Origin: Planctomycetota bacterium
GTDB lineage: Bacteria; Planctomycetota; Phycisphaerae; Phycisphaerales; SM1A02
Reading direction: 5' to 3'
DNA length: 64,000 bases
Assembly (NCBI GenBank): GCA_027618565.1
Contig: JAQCEQ010000008.1
Span: 688 to 64,687 of the forward strand
The notes under the pieces were generated by a model, which was not told the DNA's origin, made no database searches, and saw nothing but the letters and a program-made list of their open reading frames with translations. How positions within the stretch are numbered: position 1 is the stretch's first letter; each line of letters opens with the position of its first letter. Positions 32,575-42,652 of the stretch are shown here, piece after piece. Made by a program: the position numbers and the translations under genes.

Positions 32575-33369
32575 ATGCGAATTACGAATTCAGTTCTCCT
32601 CGTGCTCGCGTGGCTCTGCGCGTGTTCAACGCCTGAGTTGCCGCCGGGGACACCATCCGCTGGAACTTGGGATGGGCGGGCAGGTCATGCGCGGACTGTT
32701 GAGATCGGTCCCGGCGTTCAGGCCGATCTCGCCACGCACTGCGTGACCGCGGACGCAGTCATTTGCCAAAACGAGGGGTTCTTGGAACAACTCGTGTGCC
32801 TTGCCGGCACCCGCGAGCATGAGTCGATCCTGGCCCTCAAGGCTCGACCTCGCGACCTGCACGCCGCACTGCTCCTGGTGGGGGCAGAACCCGGTGGCAC
32901 GGGATCTTGGCGCCAAGAGCAAACTCCCGACGGATCCATTTCAACGATCGTCACGCCGCCGACCGGAACCGCTCTCACGGTGGCCGTGCGGTGGAGCGAT
33001 TCGAGGGGGGCGATGCATCAGGACCCCATCCACCAATGGGTCCGCGATGTCAACTCGGGCGCCATGATGCCCGCGGGTCCATTCGTGTTCTCGGGCAGCG
33101 TCCTTGACGAGATCCCGGAGCGCGATGCCAATGGGCTTCCGACGGGGTCGATGCGGACCGTCTACGTGGCGGACATGGGCGGATCGGTCGTGGGACTGGT
33201 GACCTTTGGTGACGAAGTCATCGCGTGGCGACAGGTGATTCCGGACCAAGTCGAGATTTCGCCGGCCGTCTGGGTGGCCGACCCCAGCAGGATCCCTCCA
33301 TTGGGGACTCCGGTCACGCTGCTGATCTGCGTTGGCGCGGCATGCGAGTCAATCGACGCGACTCCATAG
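32575..33369 (+). CDS. Hypothetical lipoprotein
   Basis: ATG at 32575 gives MRITNSVLLVLAWLCACSTPE (lipobox). The rest has no family I can name with confidence. Confidence 0.6.
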   Translation: MRITNSVLLVLAWLCACSTPELPPGTPSAGTWDGRAGHARTVEIGPGVQADLATHCVTADAVICQNEGFLEQLVCLAGTREHESILALKARPRDLHAALLLVGAEPGGTGSWRQEQTPDGSISTIVTPPTGTALTVAVRWSDSRGAMHQDPIHQWVRDVNSGAMMPAGPFVFSGSVLDEIPERDANGLPTGSMRTVYVADMGGSVVGLVTFGDEVIAWRQVIPDQVEISPAVWVADPSRIPPLGTPVTLLICVGAACESIDATP

Positions 33370-33379
33370 ACTCAGCCCC

Positions 33380-33946
33380 GTGCGCATCCTCGGCATCGAT
33401 CCAGGCACCGTGCTCGTCGGCTACGCGCTGGCGCAGTGTGAGGCGCGTGCTGATCGCACCCGGAGCGCATCCGCGATCGCGAATCGAATCGCATTGGGTG
33501 CCGAGCCAGTCATCTGCGACGCTGGCGTCATTCGTCTGAAGAGCGGTACTCCGTTGGAGTCCAGGCTGGCGATGCTCTACCGGGAACTGAGCGAATTGCT
33601 CGAGGAATCCAAGCCTGACCTCTTGGTGGTGGAGCAGGTCTTTGTCCACGCCAAGCACGCACGCACCGCCATCGTGATGGGTCATGCGCGGGGCGTGGTC
33701 TTGCTGGCTGCGGCGCAGCGCGGCATCCCGGTCGGTGAACTCTCGCCGGCGGAAGTCAAGAAGTCGCTCACGGGCAACGGACAGGCCACCAAGCGCCAGG
33801 TGCAGCAGGCGGTGAAGGCACAGTGTCGACTGTCCAAGCTCCCCGAGCCGCCCGACCTGGCGGACGCGATCGCCATCGCGCTCTGCGGGGCACGCCGTGG
33901 CGGCGTGGTCCGACGAACGCTCTTGCGCAAGGAGGCATCGCGATGA
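33380..33946 (+). CDS. ruvC: Crossover junction endodeoxyribonuclease RuvC
   Basis: VRILGIDPGTVLVGYAL, LLVVEQVF, EVKKSLTGNGQATKRQVQ, LADAIAIAL. Confidence 0.9.
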   Translation: MRILGIDPGTVLVGYALAQCEARADRTRSASAIANRIALGAEPVICDAGVIRLKSGTPLESRLAMLYRELSELLEESKPDLLVVEQVFVHAKHARTAIVMGHARGVVLLAAAQRGIPVGELSPAEVKKSLTGNGQATKRQVQQAVKAQCRLSKLPEPPDLADAIAIALCGARRGGVVRRTLLRKEASR

Positions 33947-35481
33947 GTGCACGCACTAGCCACTCGACCACGCCACTGCTCGTCGCCTCCTGCCGCGCTT
34001 TCGCGGATCACCTCTCACCGGTCTTGGCGTATCGACGACTCGTCGCGCCCGACGCACGAACGGCTCCCAGCCTCCTGCTCGAGAGTGTGGAGCAGGGGGG
34101 AGTGATCGGCCGGTACAGCGTCGTTGCTGCGCAGCCCGCCATGACGGTCACCGCACGCGGGCACCAGGTGACGATCCTGGATCACCGCACGGGGTCGATG
34201 TCCACATCCGAAGAGAGGGACCCGCTGGAAGTGCCACGCCGACTGACGCGCGTCTACCGACCGTGCTCGTCGTCCGCGCTGCCGGCGACTTTTGTCGGAG
34301 GCTGGGGAGGCACGGTGTCCTTCGATGCGGTCCGATGGCTGGAGCCGAAGGCCCTCTCATTCCAAGGCGCCCCCCCGTGCGACCGAGGAACCGCCGACTT
34401 GGCGCTGAGCCAGTACCGCACGGTCGCTGTCTTCGATCACCTGAACAAGTCCGTGGAGGCAATTGCCGCAGTGCCTGCGGATGAGGCGGGGAGCGAGGAC
34501 GCAGCGCGCCTTGAGGCCCACGCCGCAGCGGAGCGGTTGATGGACCGGCTCTGCCACGGCCGCGAGAGCCTGGAGCCGGGTCGATTTGCGCTGGACCTGG
34601 GCGCCCCGCCCGCCGCTCTGGACTGCCCGACCTTCGCCGACGCAGACTTCCGTGCGGGCGTTGAGCGCTGCCAGGAATACATCCGCGCGGGCGATGCGTT
34701 CCAAATCGTGCTCAGCCGCCGGTTCGAGCGGTGGTCAGGCGCGGACCCCTTCGATGTCTATCGCGCCCTCAGGGTAGTCAACCCCAGCCCGTACCAGGCG
34801 TACATCCAGACCGGCGATGCGATCTTGGTCGCCGGCAGCCCGGAGATCCTCTGCCGAACGCGAGGGCGTGCGCTGGTGAATCGACCACTCGCGGGGACTC
34901 GTCCTCGAGGTCGCGACGCGGACTCAGATCGCGCCCACGAAGCAGACCTCTTGGCCGACACCAAAGAGCGCGCCGAGCATGCGATGTTGGTGGACTTGGG
35001 CCGAAATGACTTGGCGCGCGTCGCGGAGCCCCACTCCGTCGTGGTCGAGTCCTGCATGGATGTGGAGCGCTACAGCCATGTGATGCACCTCTCCAGCACC
35101 GTCACCGCAACGCTGCGCGGGGACCTTGATTCGTGGGACGCGCTGCGCGCCACGCTTCCTGTCGGAACGGTGAGCGGGGCGCCAAAGGTGAGAGCGATCC
35201 AGATCATCGATGAACTGGAACCGGTGCGTCGCGGCGCGTACGCGGGCGCCTTGGGCGTGGTGGGATGGAACGGCGACATGGACATGGCAATCACGCTCCG
35301 CACCATGGTGGTCCCCGCCTCGATGTGGGGAAACGATCGCTGGCGCTACGACCTGCAGGCGGGCGCTGGCGTGGTGCTGGACTCCCGGCCGCAGGCGGAA
35401 GCGGACGAGACTCGGCAGAAGGCCGCGGCGCTGGGTCGAGCCATTGAGCTGGCTGAAGCGGCATTCACGCGGGTGCGCTAG
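33943..35481 (+). CDS. trpE: Anthranilate synthase component I
   Basis: PSLLLESVEQGG (LLES feedback motif) and the chorismate-binding C-terminus (...GTVSGAPKVRAIQIIDELE...RGAYAGALG...). ATGA overlap with ruvC. Confidence 0.88.
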   Translation: MSARTSHSTTPLLVASCRAFADHLSPVLAYRRLVAPDARTAPSLLLESVEQGGVIGRYSVVAAQPAMTVTARGHQVTILDHRTGSMSTSEERDPLEVPRRLTRVYRPCSSSALPATFVGGWGGTVSFDAVRWLEPKALSFQGAPPCDRGTADLALSQYRTVAVFDHLNKSVEAIAAVPADEAGSEDAARLEAHAAAERLMDRLCHGRESLEPGRFALDLGAPPAALDCPTFADADFRAGVERCQEYIRAGDAFQIVLSRRFERWSGADPFDVYRALRVVNPSPYQAYIQTGDAILVAGSPEILCRTRGRALVNRPLAGTRPRGRDADSDRAHEADLLADTKERAEHAMLVDLGRNDLARVAEPHSVVVESCMDVERYSHVMHLSSTVTATLRGDLDSWDALRATLPVGTVSGAPKVRAIQIIDELEPVRRGAYAGALGVVGWNGDMDMAITLRTMVVPASMWGNDRWRYDLQAGAGVVLDSRPQAEADETRQKAAALGRAIELAEAAFTRVR

Positions 35482-36479
35482 TACACATCCGGCTTCGATC
35501 CCATGTCCTGACTGTGAGCGGGCGGTGGCGATCCGGCAATCGACCTCGGGATGTGCTCAATCGGGGTCGCAGATCCTTCGGGAACGAGTTCGATCGGTGC
35601 ATCACTCGCAGGGTCCGCGGGTGGCTGGCCACTGCCCGGGTCAGCCAACCCTTGGTTCATCGCCCGTCGTGCACCGGCCCGCTCGATCGAGGCCCATGGG
35701 TCCACCTCGCGCTCAAGCGCGCCTTGGTCCACCAAGGTGGCGGCGCGCCCCAGGGCATCGTGCGAGGCCAGGGCGGCCGCCACGGTGAACACCAGACCAG
35801 CGAGAATCGAAATGGTCGGAATCCCTGCCGCTCCGCTGAGTGGGAGCAGCCCAGCTCCCACCAGGACCAGCATCACCCCAAGCACCCACGCGACCAGTGC
35901 TCCCAGCGCCGTCCATCGAACCAGTGCCGATTGGGCGATGGCACCAACTCGGGCGGCGATCGTCGTGGAGACAATCAAACTCAACCAGCTCAAGAGGGTG
36001 AGCGCTGAGGCGATGGAGACCATCCATGAAACGATCATGTCTTCGGCCAGTAGCGCCAAGAGTGCGGTGCCAAACCCGCACCCGATTTCGACCACTCCAA
36101 GCCACCACAGGGTCGAGATCCTCGCCATCGGCGGCGGCCCGTCCCAGTCCAGCCCCTTGGCTATCCGCAGTTGATGTGCGGCCCACACCACGAACCCGCC
36201 GGCCAGCCCAAAGCCGATGAGGGCGGCCGCGGTCCCGATGGCACCTAGGAACAAAAAAAAGAACGGCAGGATCGTCACGCCGCCGGTGGTCCCCAGGCAT
36301 CGAAGGGTGCTCCCCGCGACCAACGCGCTCTCCCTGGTGTTCGCGTCGGAGACATAGCTTGACCAACTCACCCCGACCGATCGTCCGCACTCCGGGCATG
36401 GGGCAGCCACATCCAGCCCACGGATGGGGTAGGCGCAGCCTTGGCAGGTGAGGGTGGAGTCGTGGGGAATCTGCCGCAT
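35478..36479 (-). CDS. Zinc-ribbon membrane protein (hypothetical), paralogous in layout to 23839..24981
   Basis: LTCQGCAYPIRGLDVAAPCPECG followed by ~7 hydrophobic helices. Its stop overlaps the trpE stop (CTAG). Confidence 0.6.
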   Translation of the reverse strand: MRQIPHDSTLTCQGCAYPIRGLDVAAPCPECGRSVGVSWSSYVSDANTRESALVAGSTLRCLGTTGGVTILPFFFLFLGAIGTAAALIGFGLAGGFVVWAAHQLRIAKGLDWDGPPPMARISTLWWLGVVEIGCGFGTALLALLAEDMIVSWMVSIASALTLLSWLSLIVSTTIAARVGAIAQSALVRWTALGALVAWVLGVMLVLVGAGLLPLSGAAGIPTISILAGLVFTVAAALASHDALGRAATLVDQGALEREVDPWASIERAGARRAMNQGLADPGSGQPPADPASDAPIELVPEGSATPIEHIPRSIAGSPPPAHSQDMGSKPDVY

Positions 36480-36573
36480 CCGTCGCCTTGGGAGGAACTC
36501 TTTCGTGCTTGGAGCTTGAACTTCCCGATCTGGATGGGACTATAACTCTGAAGCCGTCCTCCCAAGAAACACC

Positions 36574-38889
36574 ATGCCACAGTTCATGTCATCGGTCTCC
36601 ACCGTTCGCGATCGCATTGCCCTCCCGCTCGCCATCGCACTGACGCTGGCGGGATTCTTGGGTGTGGTTCCCGCCCCCGCGGCGGATCCCGCCACGGCGC
36701 TTGCCCCAGGCTCCTTGGCCCCCTCCTCGTGGGCGCAGGACGGCACGGAGCGATGGTCCGATGAACTGGTGGCCGCAGCGCAGTCTCGAGACATCGCCAC
36801 GCTGCGCCGGCTCCTGGCCACGGCCCCCTCGCATCTTGAGGACGACGATGTGGCCAGGCTCCAGGGGCGCGTCACCAGCCTGGATAGGCACCGATCCAGG
36901 TCGTCACAGGCCAACGCCGAGGAATTGGCCAAGCGTCAGGCGGACATCCAGTCCAACCTCAAGGACGCCAAGTTGATCGACGCCCTGGTGGATGCCGCCA
37001 ATGTGCATGAACTTGCTTCCCAAGAGCAATGGGCGGCGTTCATTGCAACCGAGTCCTACAGCCAGTTGGAGGCGAAGGCGGCCGTGGACGCGCAGGTGGC
37101 CGCTGCCGAAGGCGACCTGCTCTATGCCCAGGAACTCACCTTCCGGCTCAAGTCGCTGGCAGAGGACCGCGGCGACAAGGAGCGCGTCAAGGTGCTTGAG
37201 GCGGAACTTCGAGAGATCACCTCGCGCGTGGCGCTCATCGCGAAGTATGCCCCGCACGCGTTCTACGACCTCCGGACCAGGTTGCTCAAGCGCATGGAGC
37301 CGGGAAAGGCGATCGAACCCTACAACGAGCTCTTCGCGGACGAGTGGAAGGAGGCGATCCGCGACGCCACCCCGGCGCTCCTGCTGCGCGCGCTCCGCGT
37401 CGCCGCCAATTCGCACATCACCGACACGGGCTGGGTGCCGCTCATCCAAGGCGGGCTGGAGTCGATGCAGAGCCTGGCCGCCTCTGGGCAACTGTCGGAA
37501 ACGTTCCCTGCACTGAACGATCCGGAGAAAGTGGCGGCATTCCTGAGTGCGATCGACCGCATCGCTGCACGCGAGGGGAGCACCTTCGCCGATGCCCGTG
37601 ACGCCGTGGTGGAGATCCTCACGGCCAATGACCGGACCATCAAACTTCCCGAGGAAGTGGTGGTCCTGGAGTTTGGCTCCGGGGCGACCAGCAACCTCTC
37701 CGAGGACTTTGGCGACGACTACTCCGACATCATCTGGCCCGAGCAACTGCGCCGATTCCGCCAGCAGATGGACGGGGATTTCGTGGGCGTCGGCGTCCTC
37801 ATCCGGTACGACGACAAGCACGAGATCATGGTCGTGAATCCACTCGAGGGCTCGCCCGCAGCGCGCGCTGGCGTTCGCCCCGGTGACCTCATCGTCAACG
37901 TCAACGGTGAGTCGACGGCCGGCTGGTCGCTCAACAAGGCCGTGGATCACATCACCGGACCTGCGGGAAAGCCGGTCGACCTGGTCCTCAAGCGCGAGGA
38001 TGTCGATGAGCCAGTGTCCGTCACGCTCGTTCGCCAGAGCATCCCGATGCAGAGCGTCAATGGATGGTGGAAGAGCCGGCTGGACGAGGAGGGCTCGCCC
38101 GTCTGGAACTGGTTCGTGGACCCTGACGCGGGCATCGGCTATGCGCGGGTCACGTCCTTCAACGATGACACCGTCGCCGACTTCGTCAAGGCGGTGGAGT
38201 CCATGCGCGCCGAGCGACCCTTGCGCGGCTTGATCGTGGATCTGCGAGGTAACCCGGGCGGGCTACTCCCCGCGGCCGCAGGGTTTGCCAACCTCTTTGT
38301 GAAGCGCGGACCGTTGGTGTCGATCGAAGATCGAGCCGGCAAGAAGGTGGATGAGTTGTTCGCCAATCCTTCTCGCGCGCGTTTCGCCGGATTGCCGCTG
38401 GTGGTTCTGGTGAACGGCGAGTCAGCGTCCGCCAGCGAAATCGTCTCTGGCGCGCTGCAGGCGTACGACGCCGCGATCATCGTGGGGACACAGACCTTTG
38501 GGAAGGGGAGCGTGCAGACCGTGCAGCCCGTCACTGATGGGTCCACGGCCGCGGCCGTCAAGGTGACCACTCAGTTCTACGTTCTTCCGCCGGAGCCGGG
38601 CGCCGAGCGCGGCCGCTGGGTCCATAAGCGCGCGGGAAAGGAGGAGTGGGGTGTTGTTCCCGATGTGGAGGTTGTACTCGCTCCGGCTGACTCCAAGGCT
38701 GCCGGGGAGTTGCGAGCGAAGGCAGACTTCATTGATCCAGGCGTGTTGGGTGAGCTCGCTGAGGACACGCGCCCGGATGTCGGGGACCTGGTCCGCGAAG
38801 GAATCGATCCTCAGCTCGAGGTCGCGGTTCTCCTGCTGGAATCCAGGATCCTCGCGGAGGCGGGCTCCAGCCGCGTCGCGAAGCGTTGA
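36574..38889 (+). CDS. S41 family C-terminal processing peptidase with long N-terminal extension
   Basis: PDZ segment (GVGVLIRYDDKHEIMVVNPLEGSPAARAGVRPGDLIVNVNG) and catalytic core (LIVDLRGNPGG...VVLVNGESASASEIVSGAL...GTQTFGKGSVQ). Confidence 0.88.
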   Translation: MPQFMSSVSTVRDRIALPLAIALTLAGFLGVVPAPAADPATALAPGSLAPSSWAQDGTERWSDELVAAAQSRDIATLRRLLATAPSHLEDDDVARLQGRVTSLDRHRSRSSQANAEELAKRQADIQSNLKDAKLIDALVDAANVHELASQEQWAAFIATESYSQLEAKAAVDAQVAAAEGDLLYAQELTFRLKSLAEDRGDKERVKVLEAELREITSRVALIAKYAPHAFYDLRTRLLKRMEPGKAIEPYNELFADEWKEAIRDATPALLLRALRVAANSHITDTGWVPLIQGGLESMQSLAASGQLSETFPALNDPEKVAAFLSAIDRIAAREGSTFADARDAVVEILTANDRTIKLPEEVVVLEFGSGATSNLSEDFGDDYSDIIWPEQLRRFRQQMDGDFVGVGVLIRYDDKHEIMVVNPLEGSPAARAGVRPGDLIVNVNGESTAGWSLNKAVDHITGPAGKPVDLVLKREDVDEPVSVTLVRQSIPMQSVNGWWKSRLDEEGSPVWNWFVDPDAGIGYARVTSFNDDTVADFVKAVESMRAERPLRGLIVDLRGNPGGLLPAAAGFANLFVKRGPLVSIEDRAGKKVDELFANPSRARFAGLPLVVLVNGESASASEIVSGALQAYDAAIIVGTQTFGKGSVQTVQPVTDGSTAAAVKVTTQFYVLPPEPGAERGRWVHKRAGKEEWGVVPDVEVVLAPADSKAAGELRAKADFIDPGVLGELAEDTRPDVGDLVREGIDPQLEVAVLLLESRILAEAGSSRVAKR

Positions 38890-38912
38890 TCGAGCGCCCC
38901 GGGAGCAGTACA

Positions 38913-40187
38913 ATGCTCGATTCCCCCGCGGCAGGCGGGGGTCTGGTCATGAACACGCTGATGAGCAGCCCCGCGCAACCCGCTTCGAGCCACGCATCCA
39001 GTCCAGTCTCCGGCGGTTTTGATGTTCACGGATTGGGAATCGACGCGCGACCGGACACGGCGCCGGGTGCCGTCCGTGTGTCACCGACGAACGGGCAGTG
39101 GCCGATGGTGGAACCCGGGCTGGCCCTGCAGTTCCTCCGAAAAATGGTCCTCGTCCGGGAGTTTGAGGTGCGCTGCATGCAGGCGTACCAGGACAAGAAG
39201 ATCGGCGGATTCTGCCATGTCTATATCGGCCAGGAGGCCGTGGCCGTCGGCTGCAACGCCGCGCTGCGCCCTGACGACCCGATGGTGACCGCCTATCGCG
39301 ACCACGGCCACGCACTGGCTCGCGGGATGAGCGCGCGCGCCTGCATGGCAGAGATGTTTGGGAAGGTGGATGGCTGCGCTAAGGGAAAGGGTGGGTCGAT
39401 GCACATGTTCGACCGAGCCAACAACCTCTTTGGCGGCCACGGCATCGTCGGGGCCCAGGTGCCGCTGGGCGTTGGCCTGGCGTTTGCTTGCAAGTACGAA
39501 GATGAGGTGATGGCCGGCGGCGCCCTCAAGCGCGTGGCGATGAGTTTCCTTGGTGACGGGGCGCTCAACCAGGGCTCGTTCCACGAGGGCATGAACTTGG
39601 CCGGGCTCCTGGACTTGCCCGCCATCATCGTGTGCGAGAACAACGGTTACTCGATGGGCACCGCCATCTCGCGCGGCACCACGATGGGCCACCAGATCAC
39701 CGCGAAGGCTCAGGCTTATGGGATCGATGCCTACGAAGTGGACGGCATGGATGTGCTTAGCGTGTACCACGAGATGCACCGCATCGTGGAACACTGCCGC
39801 GCGACCAGCCGTCCGGCGTTCGTGGACATGCGGACCTACCGATACAAGGGCCATTCGATGTCCGACCCGCGCAAGTACCGCACGCGCGAGGAGGAGGCGC
39901 ACTACGAGGCGGACGACCCGATCGGCCGCCTGAAGGCGAGACTGGAGGAAGAGGGGATCCTTGCGGAAGCCGGCTTCAAGGCGATGCTCAAGGAAGTCCG
40001 CGCGGAGGCGAAGGACTCCGTTGAGTTCTCGGATGCGTCGCCCGCGCCGGATTTGGCCGAGTTGCACACCGATGTCTTCGTGGAGCCGTGGGGGCCGTAC
40101 ACCGGTTCCAGCGACCCCAAGATGCTGGGCGGTGCGCCTCGCGTGCCCGGCTTCCGAGCCATTTCCAACCCGGAGACGCAGTTGTGA
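38913..40187 (+). CDS. pdhA: Pyruvate dehydrogenase E1 alpha subunit
   Basis: FLRKMVLVREFEVRCMQAYQDKKIGGFCHVYIGQEAVAVG, GKGGSMH and the TPP-binding region. The start is uncertain (38886 GTG, 38913 ATG or 38949 ATG). Confidence 0.88.
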   Translation: MLDSPAAGGGLVMNTLMSSPAQPASSHASSPVSGGFDVHGLGIDARPDTAPGAVRVSPTNGQWPMVEPGLALQFLRKMVLVREFEVRCMQAYQDKKIGGFCHVYIGQEAVAVGCNAALRPDDPMVTAYRDHGHALARGMSARACMAEMFGKVDGCAKGKGGSMHMFDRANNLFGGHGIVGAQVPLGVGLAFACKYEDEVMAGGALKRVAMSFLGDGALNQGSFHEGMNLAGLLDLPAIIVCENNGYSMGTAISRGTTMGHQITAKAQAYGIDAYEVDGMDVLSVYHEMHRIVEHCRATSRPAFVDMRTYRYKGHSMSDPRKYRTREEEAHYEADDPIGRLKARLEEEGILAEAGFKAMLKEVRAEAKDSVEFSDASPAPDLAELHTDVFVEPWGPYTGSSDPKMLGGAPRVPGFRAISNPETQL

Positions 40188-41170
40188 CCGTCCGCGAGAT
40201 TGAATACCGAGACGCGCTCAACGAGGCGATGTCTGAAGAGATGCGCCGAGACAAGCGCGTCTTCCTGCTTGGCGAGGAAGTGGCCCAGTATGACGGCGCC
40301 TACAAGGTGAGCCGCGGCATGCTGGCGGAGTTTGGCGAGCGCCGGATCATCGACACCCCCATCTCCGAGAGCGGCTTTGCCGGGATGGCGATCGGCGCGG
40401 CGATGATGGGACTTCGACCGATCGTGGAGTTCATGTCGTGGTCCTTCAGCCTGGTGGCGGCGGACCCGATCCTGAACAACGCGCCAAAGATGCTCTACAT
40501 GTCCGGCGGCCAGTTCGGATGCCCGATTGTCTTCCGAGGCAACGACGGTGCCGGCGGTCAGCTGGGGAGCACGCACTCCTGGTGCGTGGAGGGGCTGTAC
40601 TCCAATGTGCCTGGCCTCAAGATGGCGATCCCAAGCAATCCCTACGAGGCGAAGGGACTCCTCAAGACCGCGATCCGCGACGACGACCCTGTCTTCTTCC
40701 TCGAGAGCGAGCGCATGCTGGGCACCAAGGGCCATGTGCCGGAAGAGGAGTACCTGATCCCCTTTGGCCAGGCGCGCGTGGCGCGTACCGGCAAGGACAT
40801 CACGCTGGTCTCCTTTGGCCGCCCCGTGAACTTCTGCCTGGAGGCGGCCGAGGCGCTGGCGAAGGAAGGCGTTGACTGCGAAGTCCTGGACATGCGGACG
40901 ATCCGGCCGCTGGACATCGAGTCCATCGTGCGCAGCGTCAAGAAGACCAATCGTTGCGTGGTGGTGGACCAGTCCTGGAGCTTCGGTTCTCCCGGCAGCG
41001 AGGTGGCGGCGCAGGTGCATGCCCGCTGCTTTGACGACCTGGACAATTTCGTCCACCGAGTCCACACGGCGGATGTCCCCACACCCTACGCCACCAACCT
41101 GGAGGCGGAATACATGCCCAACGCGCGGCGCATCACGGAAGCGGTGCGGGCGTGTCTGTATCTCGCCTGA
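40184..41170 (+). CDS. pdhB: Pyruvate dehydrogenase E1 beta subunit
   Basis: EIEYRDALNEAMSEEMRRDKRVFLLGEEVAQYDGAYKVSRGMLAEFGERRIIDTPISE. GTGA overlap with pdhA. Confidence 0.92.
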   Translation: MTVREIEYRDALNEAMSEEMRRDKRVFLLGEEVAQYDGAYKVSRGMLAEFGERRIIDTPISESGFAGMAIGAAMMGLRPIVEFMSWSFSLVAADPILNNAPKMLYMSGGQFGCPIVFRGNDGAGGQLGSTHSWCVEGLYSNVPGLKMAIPSNPYEAKGLLKTAIRDDDPVFFLESERMLGTKGHVPEEEYLIPFGQARVARTGKDITLVSFGRPVNFCLEAAEALAKEGVDCEVLDMRTIRPLDIESIVRSVKKTNRCVVVDQSWSFGSPGSEVAAQVHARCFDDLDNFVHRVHTADVPTPYATNLEAEYMPNARRITEAVRACLYLA

Positions 41171-41210
41171 GCCGTGCCAATCAGCCGATAGACCGACAAC
41201 GACGCAGCCC

Positions 41211-42551
41211 ATGCCATCCACCATCACGATGCCCCGACTCTCCGACACCATGGAGGCTGGCACGGTCATCAAGTGGCATGTGAAGGAGGGGGATCCGGTG
41301 ACGTCTGGCAGCGTCGTCGCCGACATCGAGACCGACAAGGCCACGATGGAGATGCAGTGTTTTGACGATGGGGTGCTCAGCAAGATCCTCGTGGAGCCCG
41401 GGAAGCAGGTACCGGTGGGGACGCCGATCGCGGTCGTGGCGCTGGATGATGATGATGAGGGTGAAGGTGAGGATCAGGGTGCTTCGCCGTCGGCTGCGCC
41501 AGCGCCAGCGGCCGCCGTGGCCTCGGCTCCTTCTGCGGCTGCCCCTAGCCAGAGCCCAGTGTCGGTGCCAGCAAGCGCGGCTTACGCAGCGAGTCCGGCC
41601 CCAGTCGCCGATGCGGACCGCATGCGCGTGAGCCCGATCGCTCGCCGCCTCGCGGACGAACTCGGCGTGGATCTCAAGCGATTGCAGGGCTCAGGTCCTG
41701 GTGGTCGCATCATCAAGCGAGACATCGAGGAAGCTGCCGCCGAGGGTGGCGTGTCCGTCGCCTCGATTCCTTCAGCGGCCGCTGCGCCCAAATCATCCAC
41801 GGCCATCACCCCGATCGTGTCGCGCCCGCGCACCGACCTGGCTCTCAACCCCGAGGGTCGCGAGGTGGCGGTCTCCGGGATGCGGCAGACCATCGCGCGG
41901 CGACTGGTGGAGAGCAAGCAGCAGATCCCGCACTACCAGGTGGCGATGAGCGTCGACTGCGACGCGCTGATGGAACTGCGCGGGATGCTCAATACGCAGC
42001 TGGAGCCGCAGGGCGTCAAGCTGAGCCTGAACGACTTCGTGGTTCGCGCCTGCGCGATTGCGATGGGCCGACACCCGTTCTTCAACGCGTCGTGGGCCGG
42101 CGACCGCATCGTGATCCACGGTGCCGTGAACATCGGCATTGCCGTGTCCATACCCGCAGAGCGAGGCGGCGGGCTGGTCGTCGCCGTCCTGCGCGACGCG
42201 GACCGCCGTGGCCTGCGAGAACTGAGCGAGGAGTCCAAGTCGCTGGCCGAGAAGGCGCGCACCAAGGGACTCTCCATGGAAGACATGTCCGACGCCACCT
42301 TCACCATCTCCAACCTGGGGATGTACGGCGTGGACGATTTCACCGCGATCATCAATCCACCCAACTCCGCGATCCTCGCGGTGGGTGCGGCGATCCAGCA
42401 GCCGGTCGTGCGCAACGGCCAGCTGGCTGTGGGTACAGAGATGAAGCTCACGCTCAGCCTGGACCACCGCGTGATCGACGGCGCCATGGCCGCGCAGTTC
42501 CTCCAGACCGTCAAGCAGACGCTGGAAAACCCGGCGACGCTGTTGGTGTAA
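41211..42551 (+). CDS. pdhC: Dihydrolipoamide acetyltransferase (E2)
   Basis: Lipoyl domain (ITMPRLSDTMEAGTVIKWHVKEGD...ADIETDKATME), Ala/Pro linker, E3-binding domain (VSPIARRLADELGVDL) and catalytic DHRVIDGA. Confidence 0.92.
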   Translation: MPSTITMPRLSDTMEAGTVIKWHVKEGDPVTSGSVVADIETDKATMEMQCFDDGVLSKILVEPGKQVPVGTPIAVVALDDDDEGEGEDQGASPSAAPAPAAAVASAPSAAAPSQSPVSVPASAAYAASPAPVADADRMRVSPIARRLADELGVDLKRLQGSGPGGRIIKRDIEEAAAEGGVSVASIPSAAAAPKSSTAITPIVSRPRTDLALNPEGREVAVSGMRQTIARRLVESKQQIPHYQVAMSVDCDALMELRGMLNTQLEPQGVKLSLNDFVVRACAIAMGRHPFFNASWAGDRIVIHGAVNIGIAVSIPAERGGGLVVAVLRDADRRGLRELSEESKSLAEKARTKGLSMEDMSDATFTISNLGMYGVDDFTAIINPPNSAILAVGAAIQQPVVRNGQLAVGTEMKLTLSLDHRVIDGAMAAQFLQTVKQTLENPATLLV

Positions 42552-42652
42552 GTCGCTCGATTGTCTCTTCGAATTCCTGCGGGGGGATCCGGAAGGAATC
42601 CTCGCCAATTCCACCGCCAGGATCGCGGGCACGCTTTCGGCGCCGATCGCGG

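Noticed and set aside
36253-36260. A8/T8 homopolymer inside the zinc-ribbon membrane gene as a phase-variation or frameshift site
   Set aside because: It encodes FFFL within a TM helix, and both shifted frames stay open for a long distance. That gives no recoding signature comparable to dnaX. It is most likely just Phe codons, although TTT usage is odd for this GC content.
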